Shown here piece by piece: positions 25,569 to 38,379 of a DNA stretch of 64,000 nucleotides (the first letter of the stretch is position 1; each line of letters opens with the position of its first letter). The notes under the pieces were generated by a model, which searched no databases, was not told the origin of the DNA, and worked only from the letters and a program-made list of their open reading frames with translations. The position numbers and the translations under genes were made by a program. This stretch comes from Vicugna vicugna (taxonomy: Eukaryota), in NCBI GenBank assembly GCA_013265495.1, contig MU058423.1, positions 7,239,449-7,303,448 of the forward strand. The letters are read 5' to 3'.

Positions 25569-26689
25569 CTGGTTGCATTATTTGTTGGAATTTACCTTAA
25601 CTGCTAATTGTCTTTAAAAGAGAATTTTTTTTCCTTTTTATGGTCTCTACACCAAAACTATGGTGTGCTGCAGATCTATATGCTTTTTCCCTGATCAATA
25701 CAGTGGATACTTCCTAAAATCTCATCAAAACCCACATACTCTTTTTAAAAGATGCTGTCTTGTTCAGCCTCCGTTGAGTTTTATTCCTCCAGGCCAGCCA
25801 CATCTGCATATCTCTGTCCAGCAGCAGCCGTCTCTTTCAAGGAAGATAGACACATCAAAGCCCCAAAACCCCAAGATAATCAGGAGAAAGGTGATTATGA
25901 GGTCTCTGAATACCCTTAACTCACTTCCCTAACAAAACTCTACTGTTAGCATCCCTGGAGTCTTACCCAACTTGAAAATTATACCTTCCCGAGGAAGAAA
26001 AAAGATAGCGACTACCGAGTTTATCAGTGTGGTGTTTTTAAAATATCTCAGACTACTTCTTAATAATTTTTCGTTTGTGTGAAAGGAAGAAATCTAGAAT
26101 AAAAGCAAATGGAAAGACCTCCAATATTCTACTTAGTCTTGTTGGGAAACTGGAAAAGCTATAGCGTTATGCTTGAAAATGATGGTGGACTAATTTGAAG
26201 GTTATGATATATTTTTATTGATTTATATTTGTAATTAATTATTAAAGTTTTCCTCCCAACTGGAAGTTATTATGTAATTGTACTTCTGTCAAATCATGTT
26301 CTGATTATTTGCTTGTATTGATTTATAATTCCCAACATAGATTTTTCTTTCTGATTTTCAGCTGTTGTGCATTATTGAAGCCTGAATGAAATTCTTGACC
26401 ATTTTATGGTTCTAAGTGATACAAGGAAGTACAGAATTTATAATTGATGGAGATGCACATATTAAAATATAATAGAGAGTTTGATGCATGTGAAAATCCC
26501 TGTGTAATGAATGAAAATGATTGTCAGTTGGATGATGTAATTTATTACCACAACATCATTCTTCAACATACCAAACGGGAAACCTTGCACAAATTGCCAT
26601 CTCTCAGCAACTCTTGACCTTGGTCACCTGCCTGCCTCTCCATTTCCCTCTTGATTTTTTTCCTTCAAAGGCAACTGGTTAACACCTTG

Positions 26690-26900
26690 ACCCTGGAGTC
26701 TTACTAACTTGGCTTCAGAATCAAGCATTGCCATTTTACAGCTAGGTACCTGTTGATATATATTTTTAGCTTCATTAAGCCTCATTTTTCTCTCATAGGT
26801 AAGATAAGAATGACAGTCTCCCCAGTGCTATGAGTATTAAGTTGGGTTTTTGAGGCACACAATGTAGCATCTGGTCCCTAATATGTGGTCAACAAATGAA
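26690..26900 (+). mobile_element. MIR SINE
   Basis: ctggagtc...aagcctcatttttctctcataggtaagataagaatga. Confidence 0.6.
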
Positions 26901-27399
26901 CTGGTCATCCAGTTAATCAAGGAATGTTATATTCTCCTCCCCATTATTTCTTGAATCTGATTCTTCACCTCTGTCTCTGTTAAGCCAAATTACTTCAGGC
27001 CCTTACTTGCTCTCCTGTATCCTCCTCTAGTCTGTAGATTAGTCTCCTTTTCTCTGACCTTAAGTTTTCCAAAGCATCTTCCCAAAGCATATCTCTCACT
27101 TTATGACCTTCCTATTTTGCATGCTTCTCTACCTTCTACTGCCATTGTCTTCACCTCCCTTCAAGATATTTATGTTTACTTATTTATAAATTATATACAG
27201 AACTGCTATGTTGCAGAAATTACAAAACATACACAAATAGAAAATAAGATGGGATAAATACAATTAGAAAACAGTATTTTTCTTTAGACATTCTGATTAA
27301 TGATCTTACACAATCTTTTGAGGGGACACACTCAGACTTGGAGGCTAGTGATAAGCTTGCTAGTGATTCAGTGCTTCTAAGCAAGCGTTTATAAGTTTC

Positions 27400-28150
27400 A
27401 ACATCTTTTGTCTTTCACCACGTTTCCCTTAAATGTTAAGCTCCAAATTATAGACTAATTCATTACTCACATCCTGCTGTTTCCAGTCTGGGTGACTTTC
27501 CCAATTACTCCCCTGGAACACCTTCCTTGAACTACAAGAGAGATCTCCATCCATCCTTCAGTAACCTCTCACTCCTGCCACTTGCAGACTGCATTATTCC
27601 TTCTTCAGTATTTTTTTTTCAATATTATGCATAGTCCTGGGTTCTAAGTTTTTATATTGTTCTCAATCATTTTGGTTACTTCTTTGGTGCACTGTTCAGA
27701 TCAAATTTCTAAAAGATAAGGACTGTTATTTTTTTCTTTGTATTCTCTGATAATAACAATTTAATAGATGTTTATGGACAAATCATTCAATATATATGTG
27801 TTGAGATAAACTGAACTATTTGTGACGGTTCTTTGCACGCTGTATACTGCGCTAGAGTTCAACTCCTACTCACCTTTTGATCCTCAGATCAGGTATTGCC
27901 TCTGTAACATCACCTTTGATTTTTCAAGGCAGAATGGATTTTCCATTCTTTGAATTGTTCCTTTACCTGTCACTTAGGGGTATTAATACTTAACTCCCTT
28001 GATTGGAATTTTGTTTTACATGTCTGATTTTCCCCATCAGAAAACTTGGATTTATTCAGGGCAAAGGCAATGTATCTAGTTTCAGCTTGTTAAAATAATT
28101 TCTTATTGATTGAATCAATAGACAATCAAAGGAATAAATGAGAAAATTAT
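27400..28150 (+). mobile_element. L2 3' fragments (two degenerate ends)
   Basis: aagataaggactgttatt...ctttgtattc; cagggcaaaggcaatgtatc...attgattgaat. Confidence 0.5.
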
Positions 28151-29149
28151 CAAATGACAAATGAATAATTCAAGAGTCACTGTTTTAAATGGTCACCTTT
28201 CTCTATTCTGAATCTTAAGAGTGTTTGAAATGTTCTACAGAATATACTTAGAGAAGGAAAATATTTTGTTTCTCCATCAGGACCCAAATTCTTCAACCCT
28301 GGTATTATAATATCTGTACATACCAAACTTTCAACATTTATTTTAGTAATAAATGAACAGAACTCAGAAGCATGTATCTAAGCTGAAATATTAGGCTAAA
28401 GCAATAAATAAAATTATGCCAAACTTTTTCTGCCCTTATATTTGCTCCAGATAAAATCATCATAATCACTAACATTGCCATCCTGATTATTACTAATATA
28501 ATATTATTATTCACTTAATTTAAATATATTTGTTGTGAATGCATACAACCCATTGCCTATTATAATTTAAAAGCATATACAAAGATGAAATTAATCTATA
28601 ACCAAATGAGAGATATATTACAACATAATACTTTTGCTCTTTTTTTTTTCTTGAGTAGCCATAAATATGGGCACAGTGGCTAAATGCCATGTTTCTTAAC
28701 ACGCCACTGGCCATGTCTCATGTAATATTATTGTTCCTGGTGGGCCCTTTAAATTTAATTAAAACATGCAGTTTTTGTACAACTTAGAGAATAAATCTGA
28801 TATGCTATAATTCAAATGTAAGTGCTCTCCTGATGGACATCAATAATTGGTGAAGCAGAGAGAAAGGTCTTTTTTTGTTTTTTTTTCCAAATGGCACCTA
28901 ATGAAGGACGGATAAGCAATTTAAAAACCATGTTTTACTAAATGCAGCTGCCTCGTGGTTTTATCCTCAGCATATAAGCACTCTTCATTGATATTCTAGT
29001 GTGAAGTATTAGCCTATATATCGGGCTTCGGTCTTAAGATGCATCAAGCTTTAATTCAGTTTTTCTGAACATTGTGTAATTAACCATCTATCACGGATTA
29101 ATAAATCATTAATTGAGTGATCTCAAAATAGTATGATTGACTTAATAGA

Positions 29150-29250
29150 TGGACAACTTTGGACAAGTTACCGCACTTCTTAACTTTGCTTATCTGTACA
29201 AGGGGATAATGACAAAACCTTTGTTGTGAGGATTAAATGATGGATTGATT
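29150..29250 (+). mobile_element. MIR core fragment
   Basis: ctttggacaagttacc...atctgtacaaggggataatg...gttgtgaggattaaatga. Confidence 0.7.
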
Positions 29251-30091
29251 TTAAAAAGGACACATTTATTCATCGCTACGTATTGACAACATTGGATTCA
29301 ATTTATCATGCTCCTCTTGCATCAAGTAGTGAGTGGAACAGAATGTAATTTTAGGTTGCTTACATCAGATAAAGGTTTCACTGTATTTGCCCACTAATGA
29401 GTGTCACAGAACTTGAATCCCAGGCCCTGATTAATAGCTTCTGAAGATTGCAATTAACAGAGACAAACCTATGATGGATGAGTCTACATTCATTTTCCTC
29501 TAGATTCATTTATTGTTAAATGCTTGAGGGTACTAGCCTCCGGGGGCTTCATTATTTAGGGTGATATGTGAGATTTGTTAAACGGATTCCTCTTTCCTCA
29601 AGGAGGAAGATCAGAGAGGCCAGAGAGGAAAGGCATTATGTTCAGGCTTTTAGTTTCTGCAGCAGGAAGGAGCAGAAGTTGAAACAGAAGGCAGGAAGGC
29701 AGAGGAGAGAGTGACTGGGTACTGGAGCAGAAAGTTTGACGGGCTATGGACTGCAGCCAAATTTGGTAGATAACTTGCACATTTTTCTTGAACACCAGTA
29801 AAAACAATCACTGAATTTATAGATATACATCATGAATACGTCCAGGGGTGTTTGGTAATTTGATTACCGTACAAAATACAGTTACACATCTCTGGTCAGA
29901 GGGAGGACATACAGTCCCATTTGATCTCCTATTGGGGGACAAGTCCCTCCTCAAAGGAGGGAGGTTGCCAGAGTAATCAGGAAGGATGCCTGGCAGGCAA
30001 AACAACCGACAGCAGTCCATGATTTATTTTCCCACTACTCAGTCGTGCATGTGTTAGAGCCCACTCATTTTATCTGTTATCAGTAAAGTAG

Positions 30092-30441
30092 TGCTATGGT
30101 CTGAATGTTTGTGTTCCCTCCAAATTCATACCTTTAAATCTTAGCTCTCAAAGGTGATGGTGTTAGCAGATGAGGCCTTCAGAGGTGCTAAGGTCATGAA
30201 GGGTGGAACCCTTATGAACAGGATTAGTGCTTTATAAAAGAAGCTCCAGAGAGACCCCCAGCCCCTTCCACCTTGTGAGGGTACAAGAACTCTGTGACCC
30301 AGAAGAGAAATTTCACCTGATCACGCTCACTTCCTGATCTTGGATTTCCAGCCTCCAGAACTCCAAAAACAAATACTTTTTTTTTTTTTTGTAAGCTACT
30401 TAGTCTGGTATTTTGTTACAGCAGCCCAAAGGACCAACACA
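30092..30441 (+). mobile_element. MaLR LTR (MLT1A-like), near full length
   Basis: tgctatggtctgaatgtttgtgttccctccaaattcata...ttccagcctccagaact...ggtattttgttacagcagccc...aca; TG...CA termini. Confidence 0.92.
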
Positions 30442-30459
30442 GATCATTTCTCATCAAGT

Positions 30460-31650
30460 CTCCTAAAGATGGATCCCTCCACTAGCAGGCTTCATTCCAT
30501 CTCCTCCTACCTTGTTAAGTCCTTTTCAGGAAAGAACAAGGAATTGTATAAACGTGCCGAGAACTCTAGGAAAACAAGTGATAAAAGTGTCACTCTCTGT
30601 GAAATCATGCTTTCCTGGTTTTCATCACGATTCTTGGATTGTTCCTTAAAGTCTCTCACAGTTTTTTATTATCCAAGATGTTCTACATTCAGTCTAGCAT
30701 CTCATTACAGTATATCATCATTTCAGCAACTCCCACAGTTCTCCATACATTGGTACACTGACCTCTCTCTGAGAGTCAAACCTATGTATTCTGCCATCTA
30801 CTGAATATTTCTATGAATTATTTTGCACATATCTTAAGTTGTGTCAAAATGCAGTGATTAATCTTCAACAGTATTCCCTAATCTAAACTGCTTTTTCCTC
30901 TGTTTTGAAGTGCAGCAATTGTCAAAAACAAACACTCATTTGCCCAAACTAGGGACCAGAGAGTCATTTTCAAGCTTTTCCTCTCTTTCCTAACTAATCC
31001 ATCACAAATCCCAGTGATTCCGCCAGAAAGTATATCTTGATTCCGTCCATTTCTCTCCATCACTACTGTCACAAACTCTCACATGCTGCCATCATCTCAT
31101 ACGTGCTCACTCTGCGGCGTGAACTGGTCTTCCATCTTTCACTCTTGCTTCCATCCAATTCATTCTTCACCTAAGTAGTAACAATGAATCTAAAACATAA
31201 ATTGGAACATGCCAGCCAGTTTTTCTGTTCAAAATCTCTAAATGAATTATTGTTTTCAAGAAAAAAAAGGAATCCAAAACATTACACAGCTCACGGGATT
31301 TTCATGGACTGACACTCTGCCTATTTCCCAGCTTCATCGAATGCTCCCACATACCCCCACTCAACAGTGTTCATCTTTACCTCCTCACTCTCAAGGGCAT
31401 TTTCTGAGCCCCCAGTGAAAATGAGACCCACCGTCATTTCCTCATCAAATATCTGTTACTTCTGTTTATAGTAAAATCAGTTTGTTACTATATATCTATA
31501 TAATTGTTTGATTCACTTGAGTAGTCTTTTAATGTGTAATATATATAGTTTCTACTATACTGACATTTTCTTAAGGTGGCATTTTGTTTGGTTCTAAATT
31601 GCAACTTAGTGGACGTTAATAAATATTTACTGAATGAATAAGTAAATAAA
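30460..31650 (+). mobile_element. L2 ORF2 3' part and tail
   Basis: gagtcaaacctatgtattctgccatctactgaatatttc; tccatcactactgtcac; ends aataaatatttactgaatgaataagtaaat. Confidence 0.8.
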
Positions 31651-34130
31651 ACTTAAATTTCAAAGGCAAAACTGAACAATACTATCGAACCTCATACCTT
31701 ATTTTTCTTTATCTTGAAACTTCGGATATTTCTCCTTGGTTCTAGTAATCCTCTTGTCTGTTCTTCTTTATTAAATGCTCCCTCTGATGCATCATTCTTG
31801 AATTACAGGATGTTTCAATAACTATATATACATCATTCTTCATTTCTGAGTTTGAGATGTATCCATATTTGCTTTAAGCATCAAACTCTATATATTGCAA
31901 CAAACTTTGTCAGCTGATTTCTACAGAGATTTGTCACCTCCTATTTATTCTGTAAATAGGAGTTTATGAGTTTACTTACTAATGTCACCTTTCTAATTTT
32001 AGTAATTTGTTTTGACTAATTCAGGATATTATGGGAATGAATACATTTGAAAGTCTTTATGGAATGGTGTTTAATTTCAAAATCACTTTCCTCACCATGG
32101 AGTAAAACATGTATATTACACAATACCTCCAAATTAAAGTAGATACAGAGAATAGAAATTGAGGATGACTTAACTAGTTTGGGCTTATAATTATGTAACA
32201 TGAACCTTGAAAATAATACTTTTAAAATGGCTTCTCAATGATCATCTTTTGTTGATTGTCTGTTCTGTGTCCTTTTATGTCTGTATCTGACCTTTATGAA
32301 ATATACTTACTAGTTAGGCTTCAATATGGCTTTGGTCTGATATTTGGTATGCTATTGGGTGCATAAACTGATGAAACCTGACATAAACCCCGCATTGAGG
32401 GTCCTATAGTTACTTATCTGGGTAGACTTGTCCTCTAATAAATTTCCAAACATTTACTCTTGTGTTATCTCAACCTTTTACCTTTACATCCTAACGTGTT
32501 TCTATTACCATAAGAACAAATACGTATTGATATTTTTAACTCAGAACTATCATTATGACAATGACAAATTCTAAAGCAGTTGTATTTTTAAATTATTTAA
32601 GAGATTTTAAATATCATAAAATATTTTATAATTACATGATATAAACAGAATTTTTCACAGATAAGGACCAATGATTATTTTTTCTTCAGTTCGAAGCTCC
32701 TGGCTTTAGTGGCTGTCAGAGGACACATTGAATACATGTTGATTGAATATATGAAGAAGCCAATTTTTAAACAGTTAATACAGAGAAATTTCCTTATTTC
32801 TGCAAAATCATTTTCAGTTTCATGTACATTTCTGACATTGAAAATTATCTCATTCTGCTGTCTTGTAGCGTGTAACCCACCCTTAGTTATCACTCAAGTG
32901 CTGTTTCTTATATAACTTCTGATAAGACATCTACTATAATATCAAATTGCTCAAGAAATGACTTCAGTTTAGTTTTCCCAAAGTAAATGCATTGGCAGAT
33001 TATTTCCCTTGTTCTCTTTTTCATTTCAGCTATTTATCCGAAGTGCATCCAGTCCAAACTAGTATTTTAGACTCATAGGTTGAATAAGATCCGTGTGTTT
33101 TTTACACTTTATGTTTATACTGGCAAGCTTTCTTTGGAACATGGCATCCATTAAAAAAATATTTCCCAAGTTAACAATTTGGTTTAGAAAAATGTTTAAT
33201 TTTACCAGTTAGAAAACTTTTGGTGGCGTAAGGTCTGTTGAACGCCTGAAAGCTTTAGTGAAGGATGTGGTTTACATTAAAAAGGAAATTTGCCTGTATG
33301 TACATGATAACCTTGCTCGCTCTATGCCATAACTATAAGCTCTGCTGAAAGGAACACTTCTTTTCAATCTCCTGCTCCTCCTTCCCGATGGAGAGAACTC
33401 AATTAATGTAACATAATTGGTCTCTCTTTTCCCTTAGTCACTCCCCACTTTATGGGTTGACTGATTTATCTGACAGGTGACTTTGAAGAGAATAGAGGGA
33501 GAAGCTGGCCTCCATTCCATCCCCTTTTCACTTGAGAGCAAATGTGTTCGTTTATTCCAGAGAAAAGGAAATTGCAGAGAAAGGGAAATTGCAGAGAAAG
33601 GGGGCTGAACATGTGTGTCCAATTTCCCTTCATGTCATTGGCTGGCTCCTGACCATATGTATGAGGACAAGCTCCCAATAAACCACAGACCACAGATCTG
33701 GGAGGCTAACAGAGCTCAATATCCATTTTTAGAACCATTTTGGATTGGGGAGGCAGAGGTTAGAGTTCAGATCTAGCCAAGTTGGATGGATTTTAGTAAA
33801 TACACTGGGCTTCAAGTTGAAATTTCATAATAGTTATGCATTCATTTAAGGAGTATTGACTGGACCATCAAAAAAAGAACTAGGCAAACCTGAAATGGAC
33901 CACAGCCTAAAGCCAAGCCTCCTCAGGAAAAGGTGATCTGCCAGCATCCTGTCTGAGTGCCAGCATTGAAATTAAATATTTCAGGAAGGTTGTAATATCA
34001 TCCAGCATCTGCCTTGGTTGATCCATAATTTCTGAAGCCCATTGAAATTTACAAAGCAGGTTTAAAAATATAAATAAATGACCCAAAACAAGAGAAAACA
34101 GTTGAAACTTGAAAAAGAAGTGAGAGACAA

Positions 34131-35045
34131 ATCAAACAACCCAATTAAAAAATGGACAGAAGACCTAAACAGACATTTCTCCAAGAAGACATGCAGATGG
34201 CCAACAGGCACATGGAAAGATGTTCAGCATCGCTAATTGTTAGAGAAATGCAAATCAAAACCACAATGAGGTATTACATCAGTCAGAATGGCTATCATCA
34301 AAAAGTCTACAAATAAGTGCTAGAGAGGGGTGGAAAAAAGGGTATACTATTGGTGGAAATGTAAATTGATGCAACCACTATGGAGAACAGTATGGAGGTT
34401 CCTTTAAAAAATAAAAATAGAGTTACCATATGATCCAGCAATTCCACTCCTGGGCTCATATCCAGAGAAAACTCTAATGCAAAAAGATACGTGCACCCTA
34501 AAGTTCAGAGCAGCAATATTTACAATAACCAAGACATAGAAGCAACCTAAATGTCCATCAGCAGATGAGGATAAAGAAGATGTGGTATACATAAGCAATG
34601 GAATATTACTTAGCCATAAAAAGAACGAAATATTGCCATTTTCAGCAACATGAATAGACCTAGAGATTATCATACTAAGTGAAGTAAGTCAGACAAAGAT
34701 CAATATTATATGCTATCACTTATGTATGGAAACTAAAAATAATACAAATGAATCAATATACAAAACACAAGCAGACTCACAAACATAGAAAACAAACTTA
34801 TGGTTACCAAAGAGGAAAGGGAGTTGGGGTGGAAATCAGGAATATGGGATTAACAGACATAAACTACCATACATAAAACAGATAAGCAACAAGGATTTGC
34901 TGTATAGCACAAGGAAATATATTTGATGTCTTTTAATAACCTTTAATGGAAAATAATCTGAAAAAATATATAGATATAACTGAATCACTTTTCTGTACAC
35001 TAACACAATATTGTAAATCAATTATACTTCAATTAAAAAAATAAA
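34131..35045 (+). mobile_element. 5'-truncated L1 (ORF2 end + 3' UTR, cetartiodactyl type) with TSD
   Basis: aacaacccaattaaaaaatgg...catatgatccagcaattccactcctggg...ctgtatagcacaagg...A tail; TSD tgagagacaa at 34121-34130 and 35046-35055. Confidence 0.95.
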
Positions 35046-35055
35046 TGAGAGACAA

Positions 35056-35295
35056 GTAGAATGATTTGAGGCATTAATGTGGTAAAATTCACAGAGCTTC
35101 TGGTGCCTGTGAATGTATACGGGAGTAGTTGATTTGGAAACAAGATTGCAAGATTGGAAGAAAAAAGAAAGAACAGATTTGGTTCAAAGGGGAATAAAAT
35201 AATTTCAGACACAGAGTTTGAAGTATTTGTGAGGCATCCAGTTAAATCTATTTCCGAGGTGCTGAGGCTGAAGTTCAGGGACATATTCCAGGAGG
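35056..35295 (-). mobile_element. L2 fragment
   Basis: gagtttgaagtatttgtgaggcatccagttaaat. Confidence 0.55.
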
Positions 35296-35301
35296 GGTTA
35301 T

Positions 35302-35715
35302 CAGTAGCCCCTGCTTTTTAAGTTAGCTTTAATCCACTTCACATTTATCAAAGACCTACATTAGTACCTGTTTATGGTAACCAAAATACATCCAAAAAGA
35401 AATTTTGCTTTTATGAAAAATGGCAAAAAGCAAACATAACATTCAGCATTCATTTTGCACCAAGCAGTTACGGGCAGTCCACACCCCCGGTGGTCAGAGG
35501 GGCACCACAAGGCTCTTTCCCTGGGAGCTGCACTCAGCATCTTGGCATCCAGCCCCCAGAGTTTTGAGTCTGTAAGTATCTGTACTTCATCACTATTTTT
35601 TTGTGCATCTTTATAGCAAGAAGTACACTAAGATAATTGTTTCTTTGCTTTATGCCATTTTGACTTGATAAGTTTTCATAGGAACACTCTACTTTCAGAT
35701 AGCAGGGGAAAACTG
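35302..35715. mobile_element. Non-autonomous TcMar/Tigger-type DNA transposon
   Basis: Imperfect TIRs: cagtagcccctgctttttaagt vs reverse complement of right end cagttttcccctgctatctgaaagt; TA at 35716-35717. Confidence 0.75.
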
Positions 35716-36559
35716 TATATAATTCTGGAATAGCCAAAATGTAAATAGTGGTGAAAATTTCGTGACCAGATGAAGAGGCCAAGCTACAAATTATTAAGAG
35801 TGGTAGGGGACTTATGGAGGAGACTTGTAACAGTGTGGCAAGGGCTGAAAAGGAGGAAATTAGAAAAGGAAACATAAAACATATTGGCAGAGGGACAAAG
35901 AGGAGAGAGTAATGACATCACAGAATCTACACTACTGCACAAACGCAGGAAGCTTGATCAGATGTATGCAAATCCACTGCAGGCTATTAATTATATAATC
36001 CTACTGTAATGCACAATCCGTGGACATTCCTTCACATCTCCATGGTTTTATTCCTGAACTCAATTCAGAATTTAGAGAGGATATATTATTTTTTAAATAA
36101 GCCCTCCTGAACCTTGGGTAAGAATCTTTTGATCAGTCCTAAATAATACTTGGGAAAAAAAACTTGAATAACCCAAAGACATTTTCATCTCTCATATAAA
36201 GTCTGTTATTTGAAAACAGACTCATAGGATGAATACCGACAGGAATCATTTGCTTGAGGTGTGATTTTTTTTCTAGTCACATAATTTTGAAATTTCTTTT
36301 ACCATACACTAGAGAGCTTTAGAGACATGTTAGAAGTGTTTTGTGCAAATGATTCATTTAAGAGGAAGAATTTACATGTGTCTAAGATTTATTTCTAGCA
36401 CAGTTAACTATTAACGCATTTGGATATACACCCTTGAATTCCTAAAGTGAGTTTATAGCACGTGGTGAACTTTATACTCAGCTTGGTTCTATTTTGGCAA
36501 ATGCTTCATGGGAGTGTTTTCATGGCTTATATTTTCCTCTCAAAATCAAGTTATAATGG

Positions 36560-36780
36560 TGAAAATGTTAGTCTTGGAGTCAAGAAACCTGGGATCAAAT
36601 TTGCACTGTGTCACTCTGTCACTATCTGTATCGTTGCAGACAAACTGCTTCCAGTGGTGAGCTCTCTAAAGTGTGTGTAATACAATGATCTATATACACC
36701 ATGTCTTTTGGAAAATGAATAGACTTGTTTCAAGAACTACAGTGCATCGAGCTTGTTACATTGTTGAAATATGTGCTATG
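36560..36780 (+). mobile_element. MIR SINE
   Basis: ttggagtcaagaaacctgggatcaaatt...ctgtgtcact. Confidence 0.6.
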
Positions 36781-37220
36781 TTGTTTAAATATGCATCGAG
36801 GAACACCTTCTCAAGCCATGTAATAGTAATAAGCAGGGAAACCCATATATTCCGTTGGTTGACAGTCTTAGGCATTCCAAATGGAGACTTGTGTCTATTA
36901 TTCATAAAATTAATGCAAAATGTAGACTTGCCACAGTTCTAGTGAACTTTTTATTCCAAACCCTCCATATTGTATCATGATCTACAAAGGTAAATATGAT
37001 ATATTTTATTATTTTGTAGGCTTGGCTTTGCCTGTTACTAAATATGTATGAATATACATTATTGTTCATGTTCTCAAAGAATTTATTTTACAAGTGTACT
37101 AGCCTATTTATGAAGATTTATGAGTGCCAAAGATCTAAGACCTTGGTCATGAGATAGAACATGAGATGATGATTATTACTTTTAGGTATATTATGGTTAT
37201 GAGAAATACATGCTGTTAAT

Positions 37221-38050
37221 TTGTCACTTCTAATGAATAGCTTTTTGTACACTGCAGATGTAGTTGACTTACTGAACAATAAATCTCAAGAAAATCTTAT
37301 AAAAGTGAATTGTCTTTGTCGAACAAGTATGGGGCTTGCTACTTCTCTAAGATTTTTGCTAAGCACACCTGCTATTCTGATGAAAAATAAGGCACTATAC
37401 ACAATTCTTTGGGGTATTAGAATCACGGAGAGAGGTGAAGTATATGGAAATGAATATCTGAATTATTAAAGGTGCAGTAATAGGTTCTGTACTTTGCCAC
37501 GTCTATCCCTGCTTTTAGTCATAATGATAGATTCTTGGTTACTATCCTAAATGTCAATAATCATTGTTATTTGCTTAAAACATTGAGAATTGAACTAGAT
37601 GTCTTCTTTTCTAAAAGTGAAGATTTATGGTGGTGTCAACATATTTAAAATGTTCTCTGTATTTGTTTTTGTTTAGCATTCTTCCATAGAAATCCTATTG
37701 TCTTAGTATACAAATTAATAGTCACATTAAAGTATGTGACCCAGGATAAAAAAAGCCTACGAAAAATTGGAAAACTTTACAACAAACACATCAGTGCTTA
37801 TCAGGGGAATGAAAATGTGGGAGGAGGTTTTCACTATAAAATTGATGATAGTCCTTAAATCTGGTTGCAATAAAGCAAGTTTGGCTCTTCTAAGATATTG
37901 TATCAAATCCAATCCATAGTAGCAAAACATTCAAGTTAACGACATAGAAGTTCTGTGAAACTAATTTTTGTAATAGGCATAGTACGTGTCAGTCTCTTCT
38001 TTGTCAGTATTATGAAGGATGCAAGAAAAATACCGTATAAAAATACCAGG
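37221..38050 (+). mobile_element. Possible ancient RTE-clade LINE reverse-transcriptase remnant
   Basis: FLYTADVV...SQENL...GLATSLR...PAILMKNKAL...GIRITERGEV, then shifted EMNI*IIK and CSNRFCTL, later QNIQVNDIEVL and MKDARKIP; same order as RTE RT and post-RT motifs. Confidence 0.45.
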
Positions 38051-38379
38051 TCCAATATTTTCAGAATCTTGGAAATTCATTCAACCTCATGATTCTATGT
38101 ATCAATACACATCTTGGAAAGAGATATTGAAAAACTGAAACCAATCCTTTTGATATATGTTGACAAAAGACGTGCAGTTGATCATGGAGCACTTTCTAGA
38201 GGGAAATAAAGTGGAAGCTTAACGATCAACCAAGAGAAGAATGGGCTCGCTGGCAGCTGGGAAATTATTCAACTGGACAGCTTTTCATGGATAAACAGAT
38301 GAGAATGCTTAGTGAATCTTTTCGAGTAGGCAGCTCAATATCCATCAATCTATAAGAAAGAGTTACAAAAAGAAAACCT

